A stretch of 64,000 nt of DNA from Nitrospinaceae bacterium (GTDB lineage: Bacteria > Nitrospinota > Nitrospinia > Nitrospinales > Nitrospinaceae). The notes under the pieces were generated by a model. It did not search any database and was not told where the DNA came from. It saw nothing but the letters and a program-made list of their open reading frames with translations. Position 1 is the first letter of the stretch, and the number at the start of each line of letters is the position of its first letter. The stretch lies in NCBI GenBank assembly GCA_965223665.1, contig OZ245011.1:640001-704000 (forward strand), in the 5' to 3' direction. Of the stretch, positions 50,934 to 61,714 are shown in pieces. Made by a program: the position numbers and the translations under genes.

Positions 50934-51805
50934 CAGTCTTTATATATGTCTTTAATGTCTATTTGCCGTGATCGTTCACAAAGCAAACTCATATAGGATA
51001 ATCTTTTAAGTAGCTCAAATTTGTTTTTTTTGTTTTTGCTAATCTGATCACATTCTCCTTCTTCTATACTTTTTCTATATTTGTTAACCTGAATTTCTAG
51101 TTCATTTATTTCGTTTTTTAATTTACTTATTTCTTCCCCTAAAGATACTCGTTTCTTTTCTGAAGAAGATTTGTCTTGCTTGGTTTGTAAAGTATTTACT
51201 TTCTTCAAAAAAGAACTTCTCTTTTTCTCACATTTAATTAAATCTTTTTTTAATTGTTTTATATTTTTCAAAAAATTCTTTTTTTGTTCATTTAAACTTT
51301 TAACTTTATTTTTTATATAACTAAAAGTTTCCTTAGGATGGAAACAAAAATTTTCTGTAAAAAAATAAGAATTTTTAAAATAAATTAAGCGAGTTTCAAA
51401 AATATCATCCTTTTTTATTCCAAGATGGTTTTGTTCATACTGAACCACATATTTTTTTTCATCAAAAACCTCATAAACATCTACCTCTTTTGGCCGGATT
51501 TTTTTTACTACAAAAATTCCATGAGTCCATTTGGAAAAGTTTTCATATAGGTTTTGTAAGTCATCGGAGAGGAGTGAACTGTTTGTTTTCATGTACTGAT
51601 CAAGCCTGGTTTTAAAATCATGGGAAATTAGATCATCCAATACAAACCACTCTAAAAAAGCTCCCATACGGGATTGATAGGATTGGTCATCTTCAAATAT
51701 TTCCCCTGAAATCGCTTGATATTCTTTTTTTGCTTTAAGTAATTCTTCCGATTGCTCCTGTTTGCTAATGTCCCCGATCAGATTTCTTAGTTTTTCTTGA
51801 ATCAT
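50933..51805 (-). CDS. Hypothetical coiled-coil protein between carA and carB
   Basis: 290 aa; overlaps carA stop and carB start. Confidence 0.75.
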   Translation of the reverse strand: MIQEKLRNLIGDISKQEQSEELLKAKKEYQAISGEIFEDDQSYQSRMGAFLEWFVLDDLISHDFKTRLDQYMKTNSSLLSDDLQNLYENFSKWTHGIFVVKKIRPKEVDVYEVFDEKKYVVQYEQNHLGIKKDDIFETRLIYFKNSYFFTENFCFHPKETFSYIKNKVKSLNEQKKNFLKNIKQLKKDLIKCEKKRSSFLKKVNTLQTKQDKSSSEKKRVSLGEEISKLKNEINELEIQVNKYRKSIEEGECDQISKNKKNKFELLKRLSYMSLLCERSRQIDIKDIYKD

Positions 51806-52938
51806 AAATTCCTTTCCATCATTTCAACAAAATTCTGGAAAAGATAACTTGAGTCTTGTGGGCCTGGAGAGGCCTCAGGATGATATTGGACAGAGAATAT
51901 AGGTAAACTTTTATGTTCAATGCCTTCTACTGTTTTATCATTTAAATTTATGCACTTTATTTGGACGTCAATTGCCGGGGAATTTCCATCTACAGCAAAC
52001 CCATGATTTTGTGAAGTAATTTCAACTTTTTTTTCTTTTAAATCCATTACAGGCTGATTCCCGCCGTGATGTCCAAAACGTAGTTTAAAAGTGGTTCCCC
52101 CCAAAGCCAAATTCAATATTTGGTGGCCCAGGCAAATCCCAAATATGGGAACTTTACCTATCAAATCTTTTACATTTTTAATTGCGTAGGGAACTGCGGC
52201 AGGATCACCAGGGCCATTGGATAAAAAAACACCATCAGGCGTATATTTTAAAACTTCCTTGGAGGACATTTTGGCAGGAACGACTGTAACTTCGCAACCC
52301 GCTTTGACTAATTTCCTTAGTATATTTCTTTTTATTCCGAAATCATATGCAATGACTCGATACTTCTTTTTATTTGTGGAAACATCTTTTAAATATCCAT
52401 TTTCCAAGGACCACTCACCTTCATCCCAATTATAAGGATTTTTACAGGTTACTTGACTTACTAAATCTCTACCTTCCATTTTTGGAAATTGTCTCGCTTT
52501 TTCAATTAATTTCTTGGGATTATTTATATCATTTGAAATTATGGCTTGTTGGGCCCCTTTGTCTCTTATATGTCGAGTCAAAGCTCGTGTATCTAGTCCC
52601 TGAATACCTACAATGTTGTTTCTTTTTAAAAAATTATCCAGTGTCTCTCTGGAACGCCAATTACTAGATACAGGGCTTAATTCCTTAATTATAAATCCAG
52701 AGAGATAAGGACGGTCGGATTCAAAATCTTCAGGATTAATTCCATAATTACCAATTAAGGGATAAGTCATTACAACCATTTGACCGCAATAGGAAGGATC
52801 GGTTATCACCTCCTGATAGCCTGCCATACTGGTGTTAAATACTATTTCCCCAAGAGCATCTCCCGTAGCACCAAACATACTTCCTGTAAAAATTTTTCCA
52901 TCTGCTAAAGCCAGTACAGCTTCCATAAATTTTTCCAA
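51802..52938 (-). CDS. carA: Carbamoyl-phosphate synthase small subunit
   Basis: TDPSY, SNGPGDP, GICLGHQ, QYHPEASPGP. Confidence 0.98.
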   Translation of the reverse strand: MEKFMEAVLALADGKIFTGSMFGATGDALGEIVFNTSMAGYQEVITDPSYCGQMVVMTYPLIGNYGINPEDFESDRPYLSGFIIKELSPVSSNWRSRETLDNFLKRNNIVGIQGLDTRALTRHIRDKGAQQAIISNDINNPKKLIEKARQFPKMEGRDLVSQVTCKNPYNWDEGEWSLENGYLKDVSTNKKKYRVIAYDFGIKRNILRKLVKAGCEVTVVPAKMSSKEVLKYTPDGVFLSNGPGDPAAVPYAIKNVKDLIGKVPIFGICLGHQILNLALGGTTFKLRFGHHGGNQPVMDLKEKKVEITSQNHGFAVDGNSPAIDVQIKCINLNDKTVEGIEHKSLPIFSVQYHPEASPGPQDSSYLFQNFVEMMERNL

Positions 52939-52949
52939 TTAATTTGAAT

Positions 52950-54248
52950 CTAGTGAGTGGTTCCGGAATAAATGATTTTTCCGCGGGCAATAGTACAAAT
53001 AATTTTCCCTCTTAATTTCCAGCCATGAAACGGGGAATTTTTGCTTTTTGATTTGAACTTTTGTGTATCAATAGTGATATTTGATTCTGGATCAAAAACT
53101 ACCACATCCGCATCTTTTCCTATACCTAATGAACCTTTATCTAAATTAAAAATTTCTGCTGGTCGAGAGGTAAACTTTTCTACCATTTTGGAATGAGTAA
53201 AAATTCCCTCTTCAACTAATTTTAAACTTAGGGGAAGGGCCGTTTCTAAACCTACAATGCCAAAACAAGCAGAATTATATTCAACCTGCTTGTCTACTAA
53301 ATCATGAGGAGCATGGTCTGTGGCAATAATATCAATTGTATCGTCTTTCAGTCCTTCTTTAATGGCTTCAACATCTTCTTGTGTTCGAAGAGGGGGACTC
53401 ATTTTTGTGTTTGTATCATAACCACGTACAGCTTCATCGGTAATAGTAAAGTGATGAGGTGCCACTTCACAGGTGACAGGAAGCCCTTTTGCTTTTGCAA
53501 TTCGCACCAGTTCCACCGCCCCACCACTGCTTATATGAGCCACATGAAGTCGGCCACCGGTTTTCTTTAGGAGAGCAATATCACGATAAACCATAATATC
53601 CTCAGCCTCTGTGGGCATCCCTTTAAGACCTAATTCTGTGGAAACTATCCCTTCATTCATGCAACCCCCGGAGGTTAAATCTAAAATTTCACTATGCTGA
53701 ATCAGGGGCAAATCGAACATTTTGCTGTATTCAAAAGCTCTCCTCATTAATTCGTTGCTCATTACAGGGCGCCCATCATCCGAAAAACCTACCACACCCG
53801 CATCTTTAAGATCACCCATGTCAGTCAGTTTTTCGCCCTTTAAACCCATTGTGATAGCTCCAATAGGTAAGGTATTTATGGTTCCATGTTTTTTTCCCTG
53901 GGAGATCATTAATTCTGTAACGGATCTATTGTCATTCACCGGATTGGTATTCGGCATCATTGCTACAGTAGTAAATCCACCTGCGGCAGCGGAATCACAA
54001 CCTGTGGAAATGGTTTCTTTGTATTCATGACCTGGCTCACGGAAATGAACATGCATATCCAGAAACCCCGGAGCAACAATGCATTTAGTGGCATCAATGA
54101 TTTTAGAAATATCTTGTTCTGGAATTTTACCAGTGGGTTCTAACTTTTGGATTTTTCCTTTTTCTATAAGCAAATCAAAAGGACCATCTAAGTTATTTGC
54201 CGGATCAATTACCCGTCCATTTTTAATTAGAATTTTCATTACTCGCAC
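52950..54248 (-). CDS. pyrC: Dihydroorotase (start may be ATG 54239)
   Basis: [23 protein letters not shown]. Confidence 0.96.
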   Translation of the reverse strand: MRVMKILIKNGRVIDPANNLDGPFDLLIEKGKIQKLEPTGKIPEQDISKIIDATKCIVAPGFLDMHVHFREPGHEYKETISTGCDSAAAGGFTTVAMMPNTNPVNDNRSVTELMISQGKKHGTINTLPIGAITMGLKGEKLTDMGDLKDAGVVGFSDDGRPVMSNELMRRAFEYSKMFDLPLIQHSEILDLTSGGCMNEGIVSTELGLKGMPTEAEDIMVYRDIALLKKTGGRLHVAHISSGGAVELVRIAKAKGLPVTCEVAPHHFTITDEAVRGYDTNTKMSPPLRTQEDVEAIKEGLKDDTIDIIATDHAPHDLVDKQVEYNSACFGIVGLETALPLSLKLVEEGIFTHSKMVEKFTSRPAEIFNLDKGSLGIGKDADVVVFDPESNITIDTQKFKSKSKNSPFHGWKLRGKIICTIARGKIIYSGTTH

Positions 54249-55158
54249 CTAATAGGAGATACATTAATGCCATACGTACTGCTAATCCATTCGTTACCTG
54301 ATGTAAAACCAGTGAATGAGGACTTTCTAATACATCTAAGGAAATTTCTATACCTCTATTTACCGGACCGGGATGTAATATTAGCAATTCTTTTTTTGCA
54401 GACTTTAATTTTTCAGCGGTTAATCCAAATAAATTCGAATATTCTCTAAAACTGGAAAGCAACCCTTGATTTTGTCTTTCTAATTGGATACGAAGCATCA
54501 TGACTACATCTATGTCTTTTAGAGCATTTTCCAAACTGTGTTCTACAGTTACATTTAACTTTTCAATACCCAATGGGATGAGGGTAGGGGGACCCACTAC
54601 TTTCACTTTCATTCCTAATTTGGTCATTGCAAATATATTCGAACGAGCTACCCGACTATGTAAAATATCTCCCACAATGGCCACTCTGAGACCCTCAAGT
54701 TTTTTAACTTTTTCTTTAATGGTCAATAAATCCAATAGTGCTTGTGAAGGATGTTCGTGGGTTCCATCGCCTGCATTGATAACTGGACAATTTATGTGTT
54801 TAGCTATCATTTCGGGAGCTCCAGAGCAGGAATGTCTTACCACTAAAATATCTGGCTGCATAGCTTCCAAATTATAGGCTGTGTCTAATAAGCTTTCTCC
54901 TTTAGTTATACTACTTGTGGAACCTGAAATATTAATTACATCTGCACTTAAACGTTTTCCGGCAATTTCAAATGAAGTTCGAGTTCTGGTGCTGGGTTCA
55001 AAAAACATATTAATTATGGTCCTTCCCCGTAAGGTAGGTACTTTCTTAATTGACCGAGTGGAAATTTCCTTGAAGGATTCAGCAGTATCTAAAATAGAAA
55101 GAATTTCTTCTTTAGTGAGATACTGAGTTCCTAAAATATCTTTATTGGCGAAAGGCAT
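54223..55158 (-). CDS. pyrB: Aspartate carbamoyltransferase catalytic subunit
   Basis: [25 protein letters not shown]. Confidence 0.98.
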   Translation of the reverse strand: MPFANKDILGTQYLTKEEILSILDTAESFKEISTRSIKKVPTLRGRTIINMFFEPSTRTRTSFEIAGKRLSADVINISGSTSSITKGESLLDTAYNLEAMQPDILVVRHSCSGAPEMIAKHINCPVINAGDGTHEHPSQALLDLLTIKEKVKKLEGLRVAIVGDILHSRVARSNIFAMTKLGMKVKVVGPPTLIPLGIEKLNVTVEHSLENALKDIDVVMMLRIQLERQNQGLLSSFREYSNLFGLTAEKLKSAKKELLILHPGPVNRGIEISLDVLESPHSLVLHQVTNGLAVRMALMYLLLGASNENSN

Positions 55159-55160
55159 TT

Positions 55161-55709
<549 letters not shown>

Positions 55710-55715
55710 TTAGGC

Positions 55716-55748
55716 AAAAAAAAACCTCCTCGGAATTATCCGCGGAGG
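55716..55748 (-). terminator. Attenuator terminator in the pyr leader
   Basis: Minus strand CCTCCgCGGA-taat-TCCGaGGAGG followed by a run of 9 T. Confidence 0.85.
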
Positions 55749-55790
55749 AAATCAATATGTGATATCTTAAAATTAATTTTTGCATTTGTT

Positions 55791-55829
55791 GATCCCTTGC
55801 CAGTCTCACAGGACTGTCTTAAAGAGGTC
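55791..55829 (-). ncRNA. PyrR-binding RNA element
   Basis: Minus strand CTTTAAGACAGTCCTGTGAGACTGGCAAGG matches the PyrR binding-loop pattern (UUUAA..AGUCCnGnGAG.CUG..AAG). Confidence 0.88.
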
Positions 55830-55842
55830 AGTAATAAAAATG

Positions 55843-55871
55843 ATATTAGCTAGTGCTAGGAATTAAGTCAA
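55843..55871 (-). promoter_or_regulatory. Putative sigma70 promoter of the pyr operon
   Basis: Minus strand TTGACT-17 nt-TAATAT just upstream of the PyrR element. Confidence 0.65.
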
Positions 55872-55917
55872 GTGAAAACCTATACACCAGTCACCAAAAA
55901 ATCAAATCGGGATAATC

Positions 55918-56532
55918 ATGGTCAAAATTAATAAAATTTATACAAAAACAGGTGACAAAGGAACAACCCGGTTGGTAGGAGGAAATCCTATTCCAAAAAA
56001 TCATCCGCGAGTAGAGGCCTATGGAACTATTGATGAGTTAAACAGCATTGTAGGAATTGTGCGTTACTTTAATAGTCAAAGAACTGAATCACTAAGAAAA
56101 GAAAAATTTGATGTAATACTTGAGGAAATTCAGCAAAGATTATTCGATCTTGGAAGTCAATTAGCCACAGACCCAAGCTATAAATCAAAAATGCCCAATC
56201 CTCCTAAAATTGATAAAAAGCAAATTCAATGGTTAGAGCAAGTCATTGATGCAATGAACGAAAATTTAAATCCTTTGAACAGTTTTATATTACCTGGAGG
56301 AGGTGCTCTCAATTCCTTTTTGCATCAGTGCCGAACTGTTTGCCGGCGCGCCGAACGGAATATAATTTCCCTCAACCAACAGGAAGAAATATCTCCTGAA
56401 ATAATTTCATTTATTAATCGATTATCTGATGCGTTCTTTGTATTCAGCCGCTGGCTTAGTGAAACTCAGGGAGAAAGGGAGATCCTTTGGAAACCAAATA
56501 TTCCGGATGAACCCGATTGGAAGTGGGACTAA
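55918..56532 (+). CDS. PduO-type cob(I)alamin adenosyltransferase
   Basis: KIYTKTGDKGTT, AYGTIDELN, FILPGG, RTVCRRAER, NRLSD. Confidence 0.94.
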   Translation: MVKINKIYTKTGDKGTTRLVGGNPIPKNHPRVEAYGTIDELNSIVGIVRYFNSQRTESLRKEKFDVILEEIQQRLFDLGSQLATDPSYKSKMPNPPKIDKKQIQWLEQVIDAMNENLNPLNSFILPGGGALNSFLHQCRTVCRRAERNIISLNQQEEISPEIISFINRLSDAFFVFSRWLSETQGEREILWKPNIPDEPDWKWD

Positions 56533-56598
56533 ATTAATCTTGAACCTGTTAAGCAATAAATATTTAGTCAATAAACTAAAATATATTGGAATTAGTAA

Positions 56599-57930
56599 AT
56601 GACTGAAAGGAATTTAAAAGAAGACCCACGTTCCAAAGACCAATTAATGGTATTTGGTTTAGTGTTTATAATACTTTTAATTGGTTTTTTTATTGCATTT
56701 CAATTTGTAGAACCTGCCCCACCCAAAAACATAAGAATTGCAACAGGTTCCACAAGTGGTATTTATTTTTCATCGGCAGAAAAATATAGGGAGTTTGTAA
56801 AAACGGAAGGGATTAATTTAGAAGTAATTACTACAGCAGGATCCGTTGAGAATTTAAAACTATTAAATGAGCCTAATCAAGGGGTCGATTTTGGATTTGT
56901 GCAAAGTGGCTTTGCAACCAAATCATTAAATTCAAGCATCGTGGGGCTGGCTAGTCTATACTTTGAACCACTTTGGATATTTTATAAAAGTAAAGAAGAT
57001 TTGAACCGTTTGACAGATTTAAAGGATTTTAAAATAGCTGTTGGAGAGGAAGGTAGTGGAACCCAAGAAGTGGCTCTAAAACTACTATCAGAAAATGGAA
57101 TTTCTGATTCCTCCCTTGTTTCTATTGGAGGTGAAAAAGCCATTGAAGCTTTACATAAGGGACAGGTGGAAGCCGCCTTTATGATTTCCTCTCCAAAGTC
57201 CCAAAAAATTAAAGATCTGCTATTTCATCCAAAAATAAAATTAATGAGCTTTAGTCGTGCAGAAGCGTATGCTCGAAAACATGATTTTTTGGCTCATTTG
57301 ACTTTGCCCGAAGGGGTGATCAATTTTGAAAAAAATATTCCACCCGCTGATATACAATTAATTGCTCCTGCTGCTTTATTAGTAGCGAGAAGTGATATCC
57401 ATCCCGCTTTAATTAGTTTAATACTACAAGCCGCAACTCGCCTTCATGAGAAGGGTGGACTATTTGAAAAACACGGTCAATTCCCTTCCTTAGAATATGT
57501 AGATTTTCCCCAACAGGAAGATGCAGAGCGATATGTAAAAAAAGGGCCTCCCTTTCTACAGAAATTTCTTCCATTTTGGGCGGCAACATTAATCGATCGA
57601 ATGATTGTAATGTTGATCCCAGTAGTTACTTTACTTATTCCTTTATTTAAAATAGTGCCACCAACATATGCTTGGCGGGTTCGCTCCCGTATCTATCGTT
57701 GGTATGAAGAGTTACAAGTAATTGATGAAGGGATTGATGAACTCAAACAATTATCTGAATTAAAGAAATTTTTAGAGGAATTGGATCGAATTGAAAAGGA
57801 AGTCATTCGTGTTAAAGTGCCGTTATCCTATGCAGAATCTTTATACAATTTAAGGTTACATATTGAAATGGTAAGAAGCAAGGTAGATCAACACCGCGAG
57901 GCCTTAAAAAACCAAATTCCGGTGGATTAA
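56599..57930 (+). CDS. TAXI-family solute-binding domain protein with two TM helices and C-terminal extension
   Basis: IATGSTSGIY, GSVENL, YFEPLW, GEEGSGT; second TM then RIYRWY helical tail. Confidence 0.82.
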   Translation: MTERNLKEDPRSKDQLMVFGLVFIILLIGFFIAFQFVEPAPPKNIRIATGSTSGIYFSSAEKYREFVKTEGINLEVITTAGSVENLKLLNEPNQGVDFGFVQSGFATKSLNSSIVGLASLYFEPLWIFYKSKEDLNRLTDLKDFKIAVGEEGSGTQEVALKLLSENGISDSSLVSIGGEKAIEALHKGQVEAAFMISSPKSQKIKDLLFHPKIKLMSFSRAEAYARKHDFLAHLTLPEGVINFEKNIPPADIQLIAPAALLVARSDIHPALISLILQAATRLHEKGGLFEKHGQFPSLEYVDFPQQEDAERYVKKGPPFLQKFLPFWAATLIDRMIVMLIPVVTLLIPLFKIVPPTYAWRVRSRIYRWYEELQVIDEGIDELKQLSELKKFLEELDRIEKEVIRVKVPLSYAESLYNLRLHIEMVRSKVDQHREALKNQIPVD

Positions 57931-57938
57931 ATTTTATT

Positions 57939-58235
57939 CTATTTAGCTCGTAATCCTTTCCAAGTTAAAACGACTTTTCCTTTTCGTATTTTCAATTGAC
58001 ATCCTAAACGCATTCCTTTTTCTAAATCCTCGTCATACAAATAATCCTTTTCTTCTTCAGTAATTCGGGAAATATTTTCACGTCCCTCCAGTACCGTAAG
58101 CTCACAAACCCCACAGGTACCTTCGGTACATCCAAAAGAAAGAGAAACGTCAACTTCTTCACATATATCTATCAGACTCATACCATCCTCACATTCGTGA
58201 GAAACGTTGTCTGGTTCAAAATTTACTTCAGCCAT
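57939..58235 (-). CDS. [2Fe-2S] ferredoxin
   Basis: CTEGTCGVC...RLGCQ. Confidence 0.92.
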   Translation of the reverse strand: MAEVNFEPDNVSHECEDGMSLIDICEEVDVSLSFGCTEGTCGVCELTVLEGRENISRITEEEKDYLYDEDLEKGMRLGCQLKIRKGKVVLTWKGLRAK

Positions 58236-58261
58236 AATTGTTAATCACTTTCCAAATTTAA

Positions 58262-59173
58262 TTAAAACCCAGTGTCTTTGAGTTTTTGAATTAGTTCCAC
58301 CTGTTGGTCCGAAATCATTGATGGATAGGAAACCTGAATGACAATTATTTGGTCTCCTATTGTTCCTTTAGAATTTTTAACTCCCAAACCTCTTAAGCGC
58401 AACTTTGAATTTGGTTGGGTCCCCTTCGGAACTTTGACTTGTTTATCCCCATCCAGGGTTGGCACTTGTATTGTAGTTCCTAAAAGTGCATCAGTTAATT
58501 TAATGGTTTGGTTAATTATTATATTGTTATTTTCTCTTTTAAATATAGGATGATTTTGGACTTGAATTTTAAAATAGAGGTCACCTGCAGGACCCCCCTG
58601 ACTTCCTGGATGCCCTTTTCCAGCTAATCTCATTTTTGTTCCATTCAAAATACCTGAAGGAATTTTTACACTTATATCTTCAATAGATCCCCCTCGCTCC
58701 ATTTTGAATTTTTTTTCACTTCCCCTGGCAGCCTCTTCAAAAGTGATTGTCATTGGAGAAATTATATCCTGTCCCTTTTTAGGTCCTCTTTGTGCTGATC
58801 CAAATATATTTTCAAATGGACTTGAAAATGAGGAATAACTCATATTCTCAAATCCTCGAGGGAATCCCGATCCTCCAGATCCGCCAAAACCAAATCCTTT
58901 TAAAATTTCATTTATATCAAACCCCTGAAATATATCATCTTGAGTATATCGTTGCCGAAAACCTTCAGCCCCAAACATATCGTATTGTTTACGTTTTTCT
59001 TTATCTTTTAAAACCGCATAAGCTTCATTTATATCTTTAAATTTCTCTTCAGCTTTAGAATCGTTTTTATTGTGATCTGGATGATATTTTAATGCCAGTT
59101 TTTTATAGGCTTTCTTAATTTCATCGTCGGAGGCAGTTTTCTTTACCCCTAAAATTTCATAGTAATTAGGCAT
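58262..59173 (-). CDS. DnaJ class B / CbpA-like chaperone
   Basis: J-domain with HPD, G/F-rich region, C-terminal domain, no zinc finger. Confidence 0.92.
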   Translation of the reverse strand: MPNYYEILGVKKTASDDEIKKAYKKLALKYHPDHNKNDSKAEEKFKDINEAYAVLKDKEKRKQYDMFGAEGFRQRYTQDDIFQGFDINEILKGFGFGGSGGSGFPRGFENMSYSSFSSPFENIFGSAQRGPKKGQDIISPMTITFEEAARGSEKKFKMERGGSIEDISVKIPSGILNGTKMRLAGKGHPGSQGGPAGDLYFKIQVQNHPIFKRENNNIIINQTIKLTDALLGTTIQVPTLDGDKQVKVPKGTQPNSKLRLRGLGVKNSKGTIGDQIIVIQVSYPSMISDQQVELIQKLKDTGF

Positions 59174-59242
59174 ATTTTATACTGGTTGAAAAAAATAGAG
59201 TTCTAACTTAGGATATTTATATACAAACATTATAGACTTTTT

Positions 59243-60082
59243 ATGCGAACGGCCTTTATTTTTTTTATATTTATAGGAATAATTTTTTCTTGGGGTTGTG
59301 CTAAACCCCCGCCAGATGCATTCCGCCCCATTGCCCAGGGCTCACTCCTTAAACATCAAAAAGATCTGTTTAGTTGGGATCCTTCATCTAAAACTGAATT
59401 AGAAGAACGCAGAGCCAATCAGAAAAGATTCGATGATTATAATTATGAATTTAAAAATTTGCTAAAACAATATGCTGATATTTTAAGTGTTGAAATATTT
59501 GCTGAAAATATAATCAGTCAACTTGGACCAGATTTTAACAAAATTCGAAATGGTATAAATCAGAAAATAGTTAAAATTGATAAAGATAATGGCAAAATAA
59601 AAAAAGAAATTGTAGCTCTCAGACATTCAATAGATAAATTAAAAGATAAAGTTGAGCTAGCAAAGAAAACTAATGAGCCAACAATTTTCAAAAATAAAGA
59701 ATTATTTGCAGCTGTACGGTTTTTCAGGAAAAAACAATATTGGAAAAGCATACAAAAATATCGTAAGATTTTGAAAACTCATTATCCAGTTGACCTTGAA
59801 GATAATATACTATTTGGCTTAGCCTCTAATTATTTTAAGTTGGAGAAATATGATTTAGCAGAAAATAAATTAGAAATTATTATCAACAAATTTTATCAAC
59901 AAGATAAATGGTTAATTTCTCACGCCATGTTGGGTTTGATTTATAATATCCAGGGAAAAAATAGCAAAGCTATTTACATTTTGGAAACAGCATTAATGCA
60001 TAATCCAACTCCTCAAATTAAACAAATAATTCAACAATTGATCCGTATTGCCCAAAATTCAGTTTCCAATGTCAGCAGTTGA
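59243..60082 (+). CDS. Lipoprotein with coiled coil and TPR (CpoB/YbgF-like layout)
   Basis: FSWGC lipobox-like motif; coiled coil; TPR-like helices. Confidence 0.65.
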   Translation: MRTAFIFFIFIGIIFSWGCAKPPPDAFRPIAQGSLLKHQKDLFSWDPSSKTELEERRANQKRFDDYNYEFKNLLKQYADILSVEIFAENIISQLGPDFNKIRNGINQKIVKIDKDNGKIKKEIVALRHSIDKLKDKVELAKKTNEPTIFKNKELFAAVRFFRKKQYWKSIQKYRKILKTHYPVDLEDNILFGLASNYFKLEKYDLAENKLEIIINKFYQQDKWLISHAMLGLIYNIQGKNSKAIYILETALMHNPTPQIKQIIQQLIRIAQNSVSNVSS

Positions 60083-60725
60083 TCAACCCGCACCTAGTTT
60101 AGATATTTCTGAATGGGTTCAAGGCCCACCCTCAAACATAAGTAATGAAACTGGCAAAGTTATTTTGATTGAAGTTTTTCAAGTCAACTGTCCAGGTTGT
60201 TTTATTGGGGGCTTACCTGAAGTTATACAAGTTCATGAGCAATTTAAAAATGAACCAATGGTTATATGGGGATTAGCTACTGCCTTCGAAGATTTTCAAT
60301 TGAATAACCTAGAAAACCTAAAAAGACTTTTAACAACTGGCGAGGTAGTTGGAGAAACTTTTAACTATTTGTTGGATAGGGGTATGCTAAGAGGATCTTC
60401 TCTGGATTATCAAATTCCCTTCCCGGTTGCATGGGACAAAGTTGTGAAACGTTCTGGAGGCTCAAATGAAGCGGAGGTTTTAACATTTATAAAACGGGAT
60501 TTTCCAAATTATGAAGAGCTTCCTAATAACGCTCAAGTATTAATAAAACAGCAAATCAGCAATTATTTAGCTAATAAACAATATGATGCAAAGACATTTG
60601 ATAAGTATGCGCTTCGAGGAACACCGTCTTCTATTATTATTGATAAAAAGGGAATTTTGCGTCATAAATTATTTGGTTCTGGCTTAGGCTTAACGGAAAT
60701 AATTACTCCGTTGCTTAATGAATAA
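60069..60725 (+). CDS. Thioredoxin-fold (TlpA/redoxin-like) protein
   Basis: FQVNCPGC, LRGTPS, IDKKG; ATG 60069 within ORF 60048..60725. Confidence 0.85.
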   Translation: MSAVDQPAPSLDISEWVQGPPSNISNETGKVILIEVFQVNCPGCFIGGLPEVIQVHEQFKNEPMVIWGLATAFEDFQLNNLENLKRLLTTGEVVGETFNYLLDRGMLRGSSLDYQIPFPVAWDKVVKRSGGSNEAEVLTFIKRDFPNYEELPNNAQVLIKQQISNYLANKQYDAKTFDKYALRGTPSSIIIDKKGILRHKLFGSGLGLTEIITPLLNE

Positions 60726-60730
60726 ATTTC

Positions 60731-61714
60731 ATGCTTACCTTTAAAAAATATATTCAAACTATAGAGCGTTTTGAGGAGGCTTGGGTTTTGCTTGCCGCAC
60801 TTCGGTTCAATATCTATTCAATTTTAGGTAAAGAGGAGCTCACGGGTAAGAAAATTGCACAAAAAACAAAAACAAATGAAGAAGGGATGGCATGTTTGTT
60901 AAATGCCTTAGTGGCTCTAAAAGCTTTGTATAAAAAAAACAATAAATATTCCAATACACCTGAGATGTATAAGCATTTTTGTTCCACAAGCCCTTCATTT
61001 AAAAAAGGAACAATTTTTTTAAAGGCCAATGGTAATGACGAATGGAAAAAGCTGATCAATACAATTCAAAAGGGTAGAGATATTTCAGAATATGAAAAAG
61101 AGGATGATCCAAACTTTAGATATCTATTTTCCCATGCCATGCATGAGAGGAGCTTCCCGTTTGCAAATAAAATTGCTGAAATATTAAATAAAGGATCAAT
61201 CAAGAAATTTTTGGATTTTGGAGGAGGCCCCGGGTCTTATTGCTCTGCTCTCTTAAAAAAAAATGAGAAACTAGAAACTTATTTATTTGACCGCCCAACA
61301 GCTATTAAAGTGGCAAAAGAATTAAATGAAAAACAAAAATATTTTAAGCGGCTCAAATTCATAGAAGGAGATTTGTTTAAAACCAAATTCGGGCAAAATT
61401 ATGATACGGTATTATTTTCAAATATTTTACATATATATAATCCGACTCAAAATAAGAGGTTATTTCGAAGAATTCATAAATCCTTAATTAAAGGGGGGCG
61501 GTTAGCGATAGTAGAATTTTTCATAAACGAAAACAGAATAGAACCCTATGATGCTGTTATGTTTTCATTAACCATGCTTCTCTATACCGCAACTGGAAAA
61601 ACTTATTCTTATAACGAAACAGAGGCTTTATTAAAGGAAACGGGTTACTATAAATTCAAGAGGATCCAGCTGGATAATTCGGTTGGAATATTAATCGCCC
61701 ATAAAAACAATTAA
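60731..61714 (+). CDS. Class II O-methyltransferase with dimerisation domain
   Basis: LDFGGGPG, FDRP, EGDLF, SNILH. Confidence 0.88.
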   Translation: MLTFKKYIQTIERFEEAWVLLAALRFNIYSILGKEELTGKKIAQKTKTNEEGMACLLNALVALKALYKKNNKYSNTPEMYKHFCSTSPSFKKGTIFLKANGNDEWKKLINTIQKGRDISEYEKEDDPNFRYLFSHAMHERSFPFANKIAEILNKGSIKKFLDFGGGPGSYCSALLKKNEKLETYLFDRPTAIKVAKELNEKQKYFKRLKFIEGDLFKTKFGQNYDTVLFSNILHIYNPTQNKRLFRRIHKSLIKGGRLAIVEFFINENRIEPYDAVMFSLTMLLYTATGKTYSYNETEALLKETGYYKFKRIQLDNSVGILIAHKNN

